Source of the DNA: the human T2T-CHM13v2.0 reference genome, Homo sapiens
Reading direction: 5' to 3' (one strand)
Assembly: GCF_009914755.1 (NCBI RefSeq)
Contig: NC_060942.1
DNA: 64,000 nt
Positions 13,911-29,287 of this stretch are shown here, in pieces. Under the pieces are notes generated by a model. That model did not search any database and had not been told where the DNA came from. It worked only from the letters and a program-made list of their open reading frames with translations. The position numbers were made by a program, and so were the translations under genes. Positions within the stretch are counted from its first letter, which is position 1; each line of letters starts with the position of its first letter.

Positions 13911-14843
13911 TTACTGATCTAGACCAAAAGCCTCCTTGAAATTTGAGAATAATGCATTACATGACCACCTTCATCTAGCTGAGTGCTTCTGACATAAAGA
14001 AGAAATTGGAAAAACAAGAAGGGACACTGGAGATGAATCCCTCCCAGATAGTAGATATTGCCTTCAGTGTATACAGTTCTTCAGAAGCTAAGAAGTTAAG
14101 GCCAGGTACAATATATTTAGGAATGGTGGGAAAAATCCCACACCAAAGAAAGGATGGAAATTCAGGTAAGGCCTTGGGTCACAGTGTGTGTACTGTAATG
14201 AGAAAGATCACTGGAAGTTCATTTGCCCCAAAAAGAAAGGACTCAAGGTCCAGAAGAAGAAGAAGATGCCAGGGAGAAGGCCCACTGGCAGATGGTGGAA
14301 GAGGATTGTGACCCCAATAAAGAATGAGAATTCCCAGGGGCTCCCCTAAATCTTTCAGAGCCAATTAAAATATTCCCACAGGAGCCCTGGGTACAATTGA
14401 CCTTACTAACTGCTTAAAGGATGCCCTCTTTTGCATCCAAATTGACGAAAAGGCCCACATGTTCTTTGCCGTTGAATGGCAAGACCCAGACAAAAAGATG
14501 ACTTTCCAATATTGTTGGACAGTGTTATCTCAAGGATTTAAAATTTTACCCATCCTTTATGGTGAAATACTGGAAAAGGACTTAAGCTTATAAGGCGATA
14601 GAGAAGTATTATTACAATACACAGATGACTTGCTGATAGCAAGCTCGAACTAAGACCAATGTCTGTCCAACACTATTTTGGTTTTGAATCATTTAACACA
14701 GTGTTGATAAAAGGTATCCCCCTTGCACAAGGCTCAAGTCTGTATGCAGGAAGTGGCCCATGTTGGATTACAATTAAAGCAGGGGAAGAGGGGCCTAACG
14801 CACTATAGGAACTAACCAATAGCCACTAGGAAAGCCTCCAAGA

Positions 14844-15318
<475 letters not shown>

Positions 15319-17044
15319 CTATTAAAGAAATGTTCATGTCAGCCTCAGCTCTGGGACTGCCAAATCCTCAGAAGCCATTCAAGCTTTATATCTATGAGAA
15401 AGAGAATATAGGGCTGGAAATGTTGGTCCAGATGCTAGGGAACACCCTACAACCAATAGGCTGTTTTTCCAAACAGCTGGATCAAACCACTGAAAGATGG
15501 CCTCCCTGCCTCTGGGCAGTGGCTGCCACCTGTAAGATGCTAAGAGGGGCAGAGATGTTTACCCTGAGATAGGCTGTCACCATTTTTTTAACTCATCAGG
15601 TGCTAACCTTGCTGGAGGAGAAGGGAGGCTATTGGCTTACTACAGGGCAAATGGACAAATACCAGGCCATCCTACTGAATGACTCAAATATCACCTTGCA
15701 AACCATCATTGCTCTAAACCCAGTCACCTTGCTCCAGGCCACTGTAACCAACCAAGAACTGAAACAATTGCCTGGAAATTCATGATGCATTTTAATCTAG
15801 CAGGCCAGACCTGTCAGACCAAACATTGGCCACTCCAGACTACAAGCTTTACACCAACAGATGCAGCTTCATGGAAGAATAATGATGCCAAGCTCAGTAC
15901 GCTGTGCTGACTGCAGATAAGGCAGTAAAGGCCCATGCCCATTCTGCTGCCATTTCAGCACAGAAAACTGAACTGAATGTTGTCACCAGAGCTTTGGAAC
16001 TATCCCAGGGAAAAGAGGTAAATATTTTCACTGACTCTAAGTATACGGTTTTGGTAGTGCAAGCTCATGGGACTTTCTTTTCTTCCACTAGTGTGGAAGA
16101 AAAGAGGCCTCCTGACCTCAGGAAACAAGAACACTAACTGTCTGACAGATATGCTCACCCTATGAGACACAGTCACATTACCAGCTCAGGCTGTTATTAT
16201 GCACTGTCCAGGGCATCATAAAGTTGCCTCACAAACATCCAAAGGGAGCCAGGTTGAAGCCTACTCCACCAAGTCTGAAAGAGCCACAGAGGTAGCTAAA
16301 GTTTTATTAAAGGAAATAATTACATGGCTTGGGCTTCCTTGTTCTATACAATGTGGCAATGGCCTTTCTTTTATTTCTGAAATCACACAAAAGGCAAGTC
16401 AAGCTTTGCAGATCAAATGGAAGTTAAACTTGTGAATACCACAGTTGACAAGGAGGAGATGGAGAAAATGAACCACACCTTAAAGAAGACAGTGGCAAAA
16501 CTCTGTCAGGAAACAGATTTAAGCTGGAATAAAGTTTTACAAATTGTCTTATTCCATGTCAGAGTAGTGCCCTGAAGTGTGCTTGGGTTGATCCTTTTGA
16601 AATCATGAAAAATCCTTCCAGATACCCTTCCTGAAAATTCCACCTGTAGACTGAATACATGAATCTAGAGTTAAACTGTATGTATGACAATTGGGGCAGA
16701 TATTACTAATGACACAGCAGTTTTCTTTATCTAGGTCTACACATTCCATGGAGGAGTCTCTTCACTCTTTTACTTAGGAGATAAGGTGCTGCTGGAGTCT
16801 TGGAAAAACCTAGGAACAGATCAGCAGCTAGCCAAAAAGTGCACAGGACTTCATGGGGTCCGCTGCACTTTTTCCAGTTAACACTCATTCCTCTGTCAAG
16901 CTACCTGGGATCAAGCCATTGCTACATCAGCTTCAGGCAAAGGCAGGTCCTTCTCCACCTGACATCTCAGACCACAAGCCTACTTAGTTTTGCAAGCCAA
17001 AGAAAGATCTGGAGTTATTGGCAAGGAAAAATCACACAGCTAGT

Positions 17045-17981
17045 GGAGACCCTGCCTGGGCTTTGGTCAGCCCTGGGCATGTCACAACCTGTTTTCTGCC
17101 TTGGGTGCCTACATCTGGAAAAAGATAAGGAGAAGATGATGGTGCCTGTAATCTTGGAGATGCTAGCAACTGGTGAGCCCCAAGGTGTATTATGGCTCTT
17201 GCCTGGGAGTCCCAAGTTCTGAGCCCCAAGGACCATTACAGCTCCCTCTCCTTCCCTCCATCCATGGTGCAGCAAATGGGGGGCCATGCGGAGAGTGTGC
17301 TAGGCTTGTTCATGTTACAGTTCATATTCATTCCTACTACCTGCTGTGTGGCAAATGGGGGGCACATTACAGCTCCTTTGTTCCGCCGGCCACATGCTTC
17401 AGCAAACAGGGGCATGTCACAGCTCACTGAGTCCCACCACTCTGCTCCAGCCCACAGCTCCTGGCCCTGCCACCACCATCACTTCCCATCACATGGGGCA
17501 TCTGCTCAGAAGTGGTGGAGGGTAGAAGGGCTACAGTGTTACAGCTCCTTTCACATCTGCCATTTGGCAGGTCCAGGGTTCTTGTCCCGCATCCAATAAG
17601 AATGAGGTTACACAGACACTGGAGACTGAGCAGGGTGGATAAGGGTCTTACTGAGCAACAGAACAGCTCTTGACACAAGAGGAGACCCAAAGTGGGTAGC
17701 CCTCTGTGTGAGAAGGGGCCCAAAGTCAGGTAGTCCCAATGTGTAGCTGAGTCTGGGGTTTTTATTGGCTCAGAATAGGGGAGTACATGCTGATTGCTCC
17801 ATGGATGGGCATGGAAAAGCTACCATTCAATTGACTAAAAGGCATTGAGGAAGTTCCCTCTCTGATTCTGGACTCTGGCAGCTTAGTTTTCAGGTTTTAA
17901 TCTGTCTTTAGCTTGAAGGCCAGGTTTCACTGGGAACCCACTCTATCTGCCTAGGAATTTGTCTGCCTTCTGCTGCTATTG
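17045..17981 (-). mobile_element. ERV1 LTR of the MER52/LTR27/LTR28 group
   Basis: ggttcttgtcccgcatccaataagaatgagg..., ending cctaggaatttgtctgccttctgctgctattg, the reverse complement of this group's 5' end. The left boundary is approximate. Confidence 0.72.
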
Positions 17982-18104
17982 ACTATGTAGATTTATGCAA
18001 GTTCTTATCTACTATTCTCTGTAACTGTGCAACTACTCTGACTTTGGTACTGATGTCTTCAAAGATAATCTCTGTAATTAACCTATGTTTGGAAATCTTT
18101 ATCT

Positions 18105-18570
18105 CCTTGTCCTTCTTTCTTTCTTTCTTTATCCTCCTTCCCTCCCTACCTCCCTCCTACCTTCCCTCATTTTCTTCCTCCCTCCCCCTTCCCTCCTTCC
18201 TCCCCTCCTCTCTCCCTCCCTCATTCCCTCCCTCCCTCCTTCCTTCCTTCCTTCCTTGTTTCCTTCCTTCCTTCTTTCCTTCCTTGCTTCCTTCCTTCCT
18301 TCCTTCCCTCCTTCCTCCATTCTTTCCTTTCTTCTTTTCTTCCTTCCTTCCTCCCTCCCTTCCTCCCTTCCTCCCTCCCTTCCTTCCTTCCTCCATTCCT
18401 TCCTTCTTTCTTTCCTTCCTTCCTTCCTCCCTCCCTTCCTTCTTTCCTTCCTTCCTTCCTCCATTCCTTCATTCCTTCCTCCCTCCCTTCCTCCCTCCCT
18501 TCCTTCCCTCCTTTCCTCCCTCCCTCCCTTCTTCCCTTCCTTCCTTCCTTCCTTCCTCCCTTCCTTTTTG
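18105..18570. repeat. (CTTC/CCCT)n polypyrimidine tract, ~460 bp
   Basis: Almost pure C/T on the + strand. Confidence 0.97.
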
Positions 18571-19189
18571 TTTCTCTAGAAGATGAGTTCAAATTGTTAT
18601 TAGTTTTCATTTATGAAGAATTCCACTATTTGTGGCAATGGTTTTGAGACTCCCCCACTATTTTATCTAGTCTTTCAAATAGAATCTTACAAAAGTTTGT
18701 TCTATTAGATAAATTTATTAGAATTCAAAATGTAGCTTCAAATTTGCTGGTAGCCTCAGAAAATAAAAAGCAATACAAAACTGATACTTTGGCTTTATTA
18801 CAAATCTTTGCTACTAAGGTGCATAATGTCCCACTGGACAAATTCCGTTATCTGAGACAAAGTATTTATGATATGGGTTGTCAGTTGTAGGACACAGAGT
18901 ATTACAATCTGGGATTCAGCCCATTTTTCAGATAAAAGGCCTACTACGAAAAATAAAAACAGACAATTTTTGTGACTACCATACCACTACAGATTGAGGA
19001 TTCCAGCTTATGCAGGAGAGGCAAAATCTATGACAGATCAATTACATGATAATCCTCCAGAATCCCTAATTTGTTCCCTAGAACCCAAAGGGGCTTTTGA
19101 ATAACTAAACTTGGTGATTACCCTTCTCCCAGCTTGGGAGACTCCAAATTTTGAAACATGACCTGATATTTCTGTTCATATCACATATT

Positions 19190-20790
19190 GAAGGGGAAAT
19201 CATCACTACATATTCAATGGACATCAAGGATACAATTAAGGAATACAATTAACAACTGTATGCCCCCAAATTTGATAAATTAGATGAAATGGTTGATAGG
19301 AATGTAGATTGGTGCCATATTACAGAAAACAGTATGGAGGTTCCTAATTAAATTAAAAATAGAACTTTCATATGATCCAGCAGTCCCTTTTTGGGGCACA
19401 TATCTAAAGAAATGAAATCACTATCTCATAAAGATATCTTCATTCCCATTTTCATTGCAGCATTATTCACAATAACCAAGGTAGGGAAATAAGCCAGGGG
19501 TCTCTTGATGGGTGAATGGATAAAGAAATGTTGAATATGTATATATATATAATATAGTAGATGGAATATTTATATTTATATAAAAATGGTCAAATATACA
19601 GAAATAGAGAATAAAATTGGTTACCAAGGTCAGGGTGGGGTGATGAAATGGGTAGTTGTAGGTCAAAGGATACAAAGTGGTAGACATGTAGGAAGAACAA
19701 GTCTAAAAACCAAATGTATAACATGAGAACTACAGTTAATAAAAGCGTGTTGTATTCCAAACTGTTGAAAATAAGTAGTTTATGTTTGACCTTGCCACAA
19801 GGAGAAAAATGGGTTAGCTACCCATTTTTTGTGAAATGATGGATATGTCTATTTTTTTCACCATAGTTACCATTTATATCTATATCATCTATATCTATAT
19901 ATATCTCATAATATGTTATATACCTTATATATGCATAATAAAGTTTATCTTTAAAACAAAAACCAAGAACACAGGGACCTTTTCTGTGAAAGACGCAAAT
20001 GACTAAAACTCAAAAAAGGAGGAATAGATAACCTAAATAACCCAACACACATTAAAATAATTAAATAAATAACCAATAACATTCCAAAAGGAGTAGCGTC
20101 CAGGACCAGACGGTTTCACCAGTGGATTTTCCCAAACATTCAAGGAAGAAATGGTACCAATTATCTTCAATCTTTTCCAGGAAATAGAAGCATTCCATGA
20201 GGCCAGCATTAACCTAATATCAACACCAGATAAAGACATTTCAAGAAAGAAAAACTATTCTATCCACCACATCCATATCCATGAAAATAAATAAGAAATA
20301 AATAAAGGTGAAAAAAACTACACACTAATAACTCATGAACATAGTTGCAAAATTTCTCAACACACTATTAGCAAATGGAACCCAACAATTTACTTAACAA
20401 TATTGCACAGCCAATTGAGCTTTATTCCAGGTATGAAAGTATGCATGGCAGGTCCAATATTAGTTAACCAATCAATGTAATTTGGCACATTAACAAACTA
20501 AAATGGAAATCATAAGATCATATCAATATATACAGGAAAAGCACTGACAAAATTTAGCACCCATTTATGATTAAAAAAACAAACAAAAATTTAAAAAAAG
20601 TCTCTCAGAAATCTAGGGCCAGGGGGACCTTGTTCAACTTGATAAAATACACTATAGCTACCATCATACCTATGGTGAGCAACTGGATGTATTTCTCCTA
20701 ATATCAGCAATAGTGCGATAATGTCTTCTTTTACTTCTCCTAGTCAATACTATGCTGGAGTATCTAGTTAGTGCATTAAGGTAATAAAAG
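19190..20790 (+). mobile_element. Old L1M ORF2 fragment with an L1MA-type 3' end (~19298-19960) nested inside
   Basis: caggaccagacggtttcaccagtggattt...gaggccagcattaacctaatatcaacaccaga (ORF2). Nested piece gaaaacagtatggaggttcc ... aataaag. Confidence 0.8.
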
Positions 20791-20809
20791 AAAAGAAAAC
20801 TCAGTTTAC

Positions 20810-21238
20810 ATGCTTGGTGTTCTTCCCAAACACCCATGAAATCAGTCTAATTATGAGAAAAACATCAGGCAAATTCTAATAGAGTAATATTCTATAAAAC
20901 ATTTGAAGATTACTCAATACTATTGAGGTAATCAAAAACAATGCCAGAGAAAAGTATAGCCAAGAAAAGCCTAAGGAGACACGACTACTTCATGTAATGT
21001 GGTAACTTAGATGATATTCTGGAACAGAGAAAGGATACGAAGAAAAAACTAAGCAAAGCTAAAACTATAGCCTTTAGTTAATAATAATGTATTCACGCTT
21101 ATCTCTTAATTGTAATAAAAGTTCCATATTAATATAAAATGTTAATAATAGAGAACACTGGGGGTGGAGTATACAGGAATTCTATCTTATCTTTATAATT
21201 TTTCTATAAATCTAAAACTCTTCTAAAATTAAAAAATA
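20810..21238 (+). mobile_element. L1MC/MD-type 3'UTR
   Basis: cagtctaattatgagaaaaacatcaggcaaattc ... ttttctataaatctaaaactcttctaaaattaaaa. Confidence 0.7.
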
Positions 21239-22809
21239 TAGAAGTAGAAACAAGAGTAATCGTGTATAAAAGTAAATCATACTATGTTTTATCCATAATA
21301 AGAACTTTAAAATTTGACTTATCTTCTCTTTATCTCCAAATTTTTGTCCTACTAATTTACCCTTTTTCATTTTGTCCCAACATTTTGGCTTCTATCGTAT
21401 CTCTAATTTAAAACTATACAGGATCTTTACCTCTTTCTCTTCTCTCTGCCTGAAAAACAAAGACAAAACCAAACAAAAATTGTATATCTAATTTCATGAC
21501 TTCCTTTCTCTCTTCACTGAGAACACTGATGAGGTGTCACCTCCTCTTAGAGCTCATCTCTGAAATAAGCTCAATTGCATCTTTGATTTTTTTTCTGCTT
21601 TTATTTGAATAGGTGGAGAAAGAAATCAGAATTTTCATAAAACATATCTATTTTAAGTTATTTTCAATAAAATATTATGAGTCATCAACTATTGGAGTTG
21701 GAAACGTGTGGCCAATCCTACTCCAGATTCCTGGCAGGAGCAGGAAACCAAATTACTTTGTTATGAAATGTTAAAATGAGATGTCTGGAAATTAATAGTG
21801 TTTAGGATTACAGGAACATCATGCATATCATTTTAACATATTCACCCAGATATTGAAATATCAAATAAATATTTGAAGATACAAATACAGATATAAAAAT
21901 TTGGTATCTGAGTCCATCATCATAGAATGGAGTGGCCTGTGGTTGGAGTACAGTTTAAGATTTAAAAAAAAAAAATCAACCAAGACCAAACTTGAGAAAC
22001 TCAAACTACCAAAAGTCCTAAAAAGAGTGTGACACCAAACTTACTGAGATATAAAAACTGAAAAGTCAGAAGGAAAAAGAATAAAAAAATGTAACGTTAC
22101 AGAAAGAAGGTTTTCCAGGAGGATGTGGTCAACCCTGGGATATATCAAAGAGGTTAAATTGTAAACAAGACAGGTCTGAAAAGAAAGTCCTGAGCATGGG
22201 CAGGGATGGCTTGAAAGTCTTATTCACATTTTAATTCTGCAAGCCTGACGTGGCAAGGGTTTTCCTCCAGTTCCTTTTTTTTTGAGTGTTCAGATTCAGT
22301 CCTTTCTTCCTAAGAAATTTTGAGTCACTCTTTCCTATCCACACCTATTGGTGTCAGGATATTTAAGAAAACGATTTTGGGTGTATACACTATTTATCAG
22401 CCAATCTCTCCTCAGGCCAGGTTTTCATAAGTGCTAATCCTGGGAGAGGAAATAAGAAGGCAAATTGTGGTCACTTCTAATTTGTGGCTTTCAGTATGAC
22501 TTTACCATCAATAGAAACTACTTTGAATTCTATTATTATTTTATTCTGCATCTTTTGTCTCAATTTTTTTAGAACTTGGATTGTATGTTGATGCAGGAGT
22601 GTTTAATCAACCTAAAACCACACATCGTATTGTCTCTTTTTTATATGTGTTTATTTTCCTACCGTATTTAAAAGTTATTGTCTGGAAAATCATGAGTAAG
22701 ATGACCCTTACATTACTTCCAGCTCTAATGTTACTTGGTTATTAATTTCATCCATACATTGTTTATGAATTTCATCTGTAATGGGTTTTTAAAGACGCCT
22801 TGATGTAGT

Positions 22810-23245
22810 CGTTCTTAGACCACTTATGTTGCAATAAAGGACTACCTGAGACTGGACAATTTAGAAAGAAAAAAGGTGTATTTGGCTCCTGGCTTTGCAG
22901 GCTATGCAAGAAGCATAGCACTGGCATCCTCTGGAGAGGGCTTTAGGCTGTGTCCACTGTGGTGGAAGTCAAAGTGGAGCAAGTATGCAGAATCATGACA
23001 AGAGAGGAAGCAAGAGAGAGGGATGGAACAGAGGAAGCTGTCAGGATTTCTTTAACAGCCAGCTCTTGTGGGAACTAAAGAGCAAAAATTCACTCATTAC
23101 TTCCAGGACAGCACCAAGCTATTCATGAAAGTTCTGTCTCCATGACTCAAGCACCTTCCACTAGGCCCCGTTTTCAACACAGGGGACAAGATTTCAACAT
23201 GAGATTTGGAGAGGTCAAATGAATCAATATTCCAAATATAGAATA
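22810..23245 (-). mobile_element. MST-type (MSTB1/MSTC) MaLR solo LTR
   Basis: taaaggactacctgagactggacaatt...catgactcaagcaccttccactaggccc...tttcaacatgagatttggagagg. Confidence 0.82.
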
Positions 23246-23369
23246 ATTGTATCTATAAACAAAACTAATGATTAGAGTGTTTGTGTTCAAATTAAACCCT
23301 AATCAGCTATTATTGAGTAATTTCTTTTACAGTGTAGTGACCACTAATATAAGGGGAGCCATTTATTAG

Positions 23370-23850
23370 TGAGATGGCTAGATAACTGATTTGCCCTTCT
23401 ATATTCTTTCCCCAATCTTCTGTACTATGTGCTCCTCATCCCAGAAGCCTAATGGGTAGGGACTGCGTTAATGGGCTCCTTGCTTTCTATTAGTTATTTG
23501 AGTTCAGCCAAAGGTCAACATAAGCAGGAACTGGAGGAGGGAGGGCAGTGCCATTGGAGTAATTATTCCTTTTGTTCATTTTTGTAGGATGGCTATGCAA
23601 TGGCTAACTCCCTAAAATGAAGGTTACAGTTCCTATATGACTTTCTCCACATAGCCTCTTTCTTGGTTCTAGTTTCTTTTTTCCTTCATCTTTTCAGGTT
23701 TACTATTCTGTTACCTTTACTAGTTACCTTGCATACCGCACTGGTCACTGTGGATTTTTTTGCACGTAGTTACCTTGTCCATACCTTACATGAAACGTTG
23801 CTTTTAAATACTCCCCTCAAATTTACCAATTTGAGTTTTGACATATTGGA
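23370..23850 (+). mobile_element. Old ERVL LTR (LTR33-like)
   Basis: gggactgcgttaatgggctccttgc...gagttcagccaaagg...gcaggaactggagg resembles recalled LTR33. Confidence 0.45.
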
Positions 23851-24836
23851 AAATTGCAGGATGTAGTTAAGGGATAAATTTTAAGAGCGAAATTTCAGAA
23901 AAGTAAAAGATCAATTTACTAAATTGTGATTTTTGCTTTGTTATTTGGTACATATTTATAATAAATTACTATGTATAAAGATCCATCAGATGAATGTAAA
24001 GAGTACGGAATGTCTGCTCTTACAGAGCTTCAATTCTAGCTGTACTAACGCTTAGCCAAAAGCCTAGTAACATCAACAAGTTTAAATGTTACTCCCTTTA
24101 TATAGAAAATTAGTAAAAACACAGAATTCTTCCTATTTTATGAATAATGAGTTGTAAATATGTTACCAGCCTGTAGTATTAAAATGTTTTTATTTTCTAA
24201 TAGCTGTTTTTAATCACAAACTTCTCTTTTTAGGCTTACTATGTAACGGTATGGCAAGTTAGGATATATTGACTACAATAGAGAACAGAATCAAAGCTAT
24301 TTTAAATATTATAGAAGTTCATTTTTCTTCATATAACAGTACTATAAAGTAAACAAGCTAACAAGGTAGGCTTGTGCCATGTAATCTATTTTTAACTCAT
24401 AGTTTCAAAGTTTGTTCTGCAAGTTGTCTCCAATTCTGTCATCCAGAAAGGCAAAGGAGCTTGGAAATTTCTGTGGGCCGTTCATGAAAGTGGCACATAA
24501 CACTTTTGCTCCTATTACAAAGATAGGCAAGCAGTTGGTCATGTGGGCACTGCTAACCTCTAACGGAACTAGAAAGTGTAGTCTAGCTGTGTGTCTAAGA
24601 AGGAGAAGAGAATTTGGATTTCAGTTACCTAGCAGCCTCTACAGCATTGCATATTGCATAAATCCATAGATATATTTGTATGATATTTAAAGATGAATAT
24701 ATATGCAAGTCAAAAGATATATATACATATATACACAATATGTACATTTATGTTTACATGGGCTAAGTTTCATTATGTATACTATGACTGATGTAACTAA
24801 TCAGAAAAGACGGGGAAATATTTCACTTTTCTGTAA

Positions 24837-25243
<407 letters not shown>

Positions 25244-25520
25244 TACTGACCTTTTCTATGCCTACTTCGAATAGAGCTAAGAACATAAAATCAGTTAAGC
25301 CATATTTCTTAGTCTTGCATATTTAAATAGGTCTCTTCGACTCTAAAATCAGATTTATGTTCTGAATGACCTGTATTACGGTCATGCTCTGTCTCACTGG
25401 AAAGAACAAAAATTTCCTTATATATAGAAATGTATTGTGATAATACATCAAAGAAGTAAGCCAGCACATGAGATGACCTTGTAATCAAGTCTCCTGGAGG
25501 CCCTGTAATGTCACTTAGAG

Positions 25521-25802
25521 CAGGAGTCCCCAACCCCTGGGCCTTGGACTGATACTGGCCCCTGGCCTGTTAGGAAATGGGCCCACAGCAGGAGGCAAGT
25601 GGTGGATGAGGGAGAATTACTGCCTGAGCTCCACTTCCCGTCAGATCAGCAGCAGCATTAGATTCTTACAGGAGCGTGGACCCTAATGCGAACCCTGATA
25701 CTTTTACCCCAACACTATGCCCCAACTCTCCTGTCCATGGAAAAATTGTCTTCCATGAAACCAGTCCCTGGTCTCTGGTGCCAAAATGGTTGGGGACCCT
25801 TG
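25521..25802 (+). mobile_element. MER1B (hAT-Charlie) with perfect 8-bp TSD
   Basis: TIRs caggagtccccaacc / ggttggggacccttg. TSD ACTTAGAG at 25513-25520 and 25803-25810. Confidence 0.93.
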
Positions 25803-25820
25803 ACTTAGAGTATGGAAGCG

Positions 25821-26496
25821 TGGTGCAAAAGACCACCAGGATGGCTGGATAGTGGAAAGGAGAGCTTTGCTGGTGATTGTTTGAAAAGTGCAAAGAGACA
25901 GTCTCCAGCATGTACAGAAGTTGCTCTCTTTTCTAAGAGGGAAAATGTTGGGTTTTATGCCTCACAGAGTCTGTGTTACACAATAAAGACACACAAATTG
26001 CATAGATTTGGGGAAAAATCTATACATATTTATGAGGGGAGCTGAGCACAGGTGCAATGGGCAAACATATGTAACACCATCCCATGTTCACTTTGGGGTG
26101 GGGTTTTAGCATTACAAAGAGGTAGAGTTTGACCTTGTACATCAAAAAGTGACCAAAAAATGAACTACAGGTCACAAAGGCACTTTGCGCACAGCCTCTA
26201 TAAGCTGCTGAAACCAACTTAAGGTCTGAAGTTGTTTATCAGAAAAGAAGTTTGCAAGGTCTGTAATCTATTTGATCAGAGTTGTAGTGGTCTGTGTTGT
26301 AAATCTGATAATTTTGCCTAATAGCTCCTCTTCTTAGGGAGTTTCTCAAGAGTGTGTTTGTCCTTGTAGCCATAAGAACTTAGGAAGGTACCATGCCAGC
26401 CAAGTCCTGAACCCTTGACCTTTAGGTAACATATCCTTAACCTTGAGGCTTGTCTTTGTTGATTAAGGGCTATCCCTTTTGGTCTTTCAGATCACA
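25821..26496 (-). mobile_element. MER39-like ERV1 solo LTR
   Basis: Ends ttttggtctttcagatcaca (reverse complement TGTGATCTGA..). Internal catcccatgttcactttggggtggggttttagcatt. Confidence 0.8.
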
Positions 26497-29287
26497 GCAC
26501 CAGAATCCTATTTCTTCAGGGGCAAGCTCTCACAGTATCTGATTTTGCACGGGTAAAAGTTGAAATATTTGGCCACCAGGAAGGCTCAGGGCTTAGTGAA
26601 CCAGAATGAAGGCCTCTGGCTTTAACACATTGATTTCTGGATATAGGAGAGTAGCCAGGGTAGCTAGTGGTGACAGGCACAGGTGCCTCACAAAAGCAGC
26701 TCTTTTCCAACAATCTTGAACTTACTTCAATATGTGAATAGCAATCTGGCCATACCGGGGTCATCTGCTGAATGGCAGTCCCGCGTTACCGACTTGAGGG
26801 TTCCTGGGATGCGGTTTTTCTCTCTTTCTCTTCTCTCTATGTCTACATCTGACAACACTTACTGCGGCTTCTCCTTACTTCCTTTTTCCTACTTCAGGGT
26901 ATTTTGGACACACAACTTCCATCATCTTAGATCTCCTTTGCCTTTTGTATGTATTTCTGCATTATTTTTGCCTGAGATCCCTGAAGAGGAGGATCATATT
27001 GGTCTAATTAGTCATAATCAATATAGGGTGTGTATTTTGGCAAGAGTTTCATGTCATCTTATTTAAGCTAAAAACAATCTCCCTTATTTTAAGGACCAGT
27101 CCCCTAGTTGTCCACGGTGACCCGAGCAGCCAGGTTGCACCACTTAAAGCAAAGCATCCTATGTGTAAATAATCTCTGGTGGCCACTCTTTCAGAAGGGG
27201 AATGAACACATCAGGCACTGTGAATATCAGAGGATTCTCTCCCAATCAAACATGCTCCTGTGCTCTATACAACTAAAACAGCTCTCATTGTTACAATGCT
27301 ATTTATTATTTTCCTGCGAGATGTCAGCTAGCAAAATAAACAATATTCAGGGATTTCAGCAAAAAGAATTGTATTAAATGTTCTCTATTTTTTTTTCTCA
27401 AATTATTCCTGCAACCACATCTGGGCAGAAATGACTTTGGAGAGAAAAAAAATCAAGAATGTCACCTCATAATACTGAGCATGAAATTCTATGAACCATT
27501 TTTACATTAACTACTCACTTGGGAACCAACTGAAAAAAAAAATAATTTACTGTGAATATGACCAGTCATCATTGCTTTTCATTCAATAAAGCCAGATTTA
27601 TCTTCGTCTATAGTATACAACATTATTGAAAAGCTAACAGACAAGAAGGCATTAAAACAAACCCCAAAGGGTCAGTGAAATGGATTTATAGTTTATGGCT
27701 TCATGCCTACATTTTCAGACTGTCACTAATGGGACAATTACACTCTAATGACCTTTCACAAAGGGGAAGCCAAAAATATAATTCAGTTTTGTATAAATTA
27801 AAACAAATGAAATGGCTTTCAATTTAGCACTGTTGACATCTTTTTCAGAGAATCATTTTTGTAGTAAAAATATTGAGGTTATCTAGGGGAAAAAGTTTAA
27901 CCATGTATCATCTGTCAGATTGCAAGAGCCATACATTTGAAGTAGACAGATCCATGTAAGACTCACTTTAAAAAAATTAACTCTACCTTAAAGATCAGAG
28001 TGATGAGATTTATTTTCTGTTTCTAATTAACATTTTATCTCTAAAGGCAAATGTCTTTTAATTAATTTACTCATATATGTATGTGTGTATGCATTCCTCT
28101 TATAAAAAAATCTTTATATCCTTATCTTAAACTTGCCAAGTAATATTTATATTAGGTTTTTATGAACAAGACACCTAGAATTTATTCATAATCTTCATAA
28201 GAAACAATAGTTTGAAGTTTTCCAGAAAGAGATTATCATCTGGATAGTACTTCTTGGAACTCAGAAGCCTCTGCATAATACATAGGTTACATGACAAAGA
28301 CCTTTCAATTTTCATCAAAATTTGATTTAACATATAAAGTTATAAGGCTTTCATTCTTTACCTTGTGCTGACCCTGTTAAGTATGCATTACATAATTATT
28401 TTTCAGAGATTTGCTTCCAGAGTTGTTTTCACTTGCCTTAGAAAGTTCTCACTTGGTTTCTTAAATTCCAAGTTGATTGCTTTTCTGATGGCTCCATGAA
28501 CAGCTCTCTTTTCTTTCAAATTTTGATTCTTCTTGAGTGCAGGCTCATGGCTCACATTCCCCTAGTGTCTCAGGTGTTTGTTTCTTATTCTTGTGTAATG
28601 ATAATTGTATATAAAATACAATTTAACTAGCAGTTTGCCTCTGTGATTTTCCTCTTTAAAACATTTTTATAGGATTGACACATATTCTTTCTTTTTTCTA
28701 ATTTTCTGAATATCTGTTTCATACAATATTATCCTATACTATACTATACTAAATAATACAATCTTTGTTAAGCTAAATTATGGAAAAGACACACATACAG
28801 AAAAAAAGAAACCATGTTCACTTAACAATCAAAGTTATTTACCGCTTTCTTAATGTAGTTTGATCTGGTGAAAAAAAAGACAAGAAAAATAGAATTAAAT
28901 GAATGTAAGCGGCCCAGTAGAAATGTCACCAATGTTAAAATAATTAATACATTTTATATGTTCTAGTTCATATATGTACACTAACAAAGCCAAGTAATGA
29001 TCATCTTTAGCCAGAATGCAGAAGCTGCAGTTAAATTTTTGTAATAAACTCACTAGAAAATATTTTGGTGAAGTACAACAATGGTCAAAAAGACGAGAGC
29101 AAAGTGAAGTTGCTATATAATTAGACTGGGGCTAAACAATAATAACAATAAGAAAGGCAAGAGAGAAAACTATATTAAGTGTCCTGCTTAACCCTGGGCC
29201 ATTTACCATATGTCAGGAATTCCATCATCTGTGAGCACTTGGAATTTGTCCATTGCACCAAGGAAAACATAGTGCATTAAGACCAAT

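Noticed and set aside
18044-18610. Long Pro/Ser/Phe- or Gly/Arg/Glu-rich ORFs (up to 180 aa)
   Set aside because: These are translations of a (CTTC)n simple repeat.
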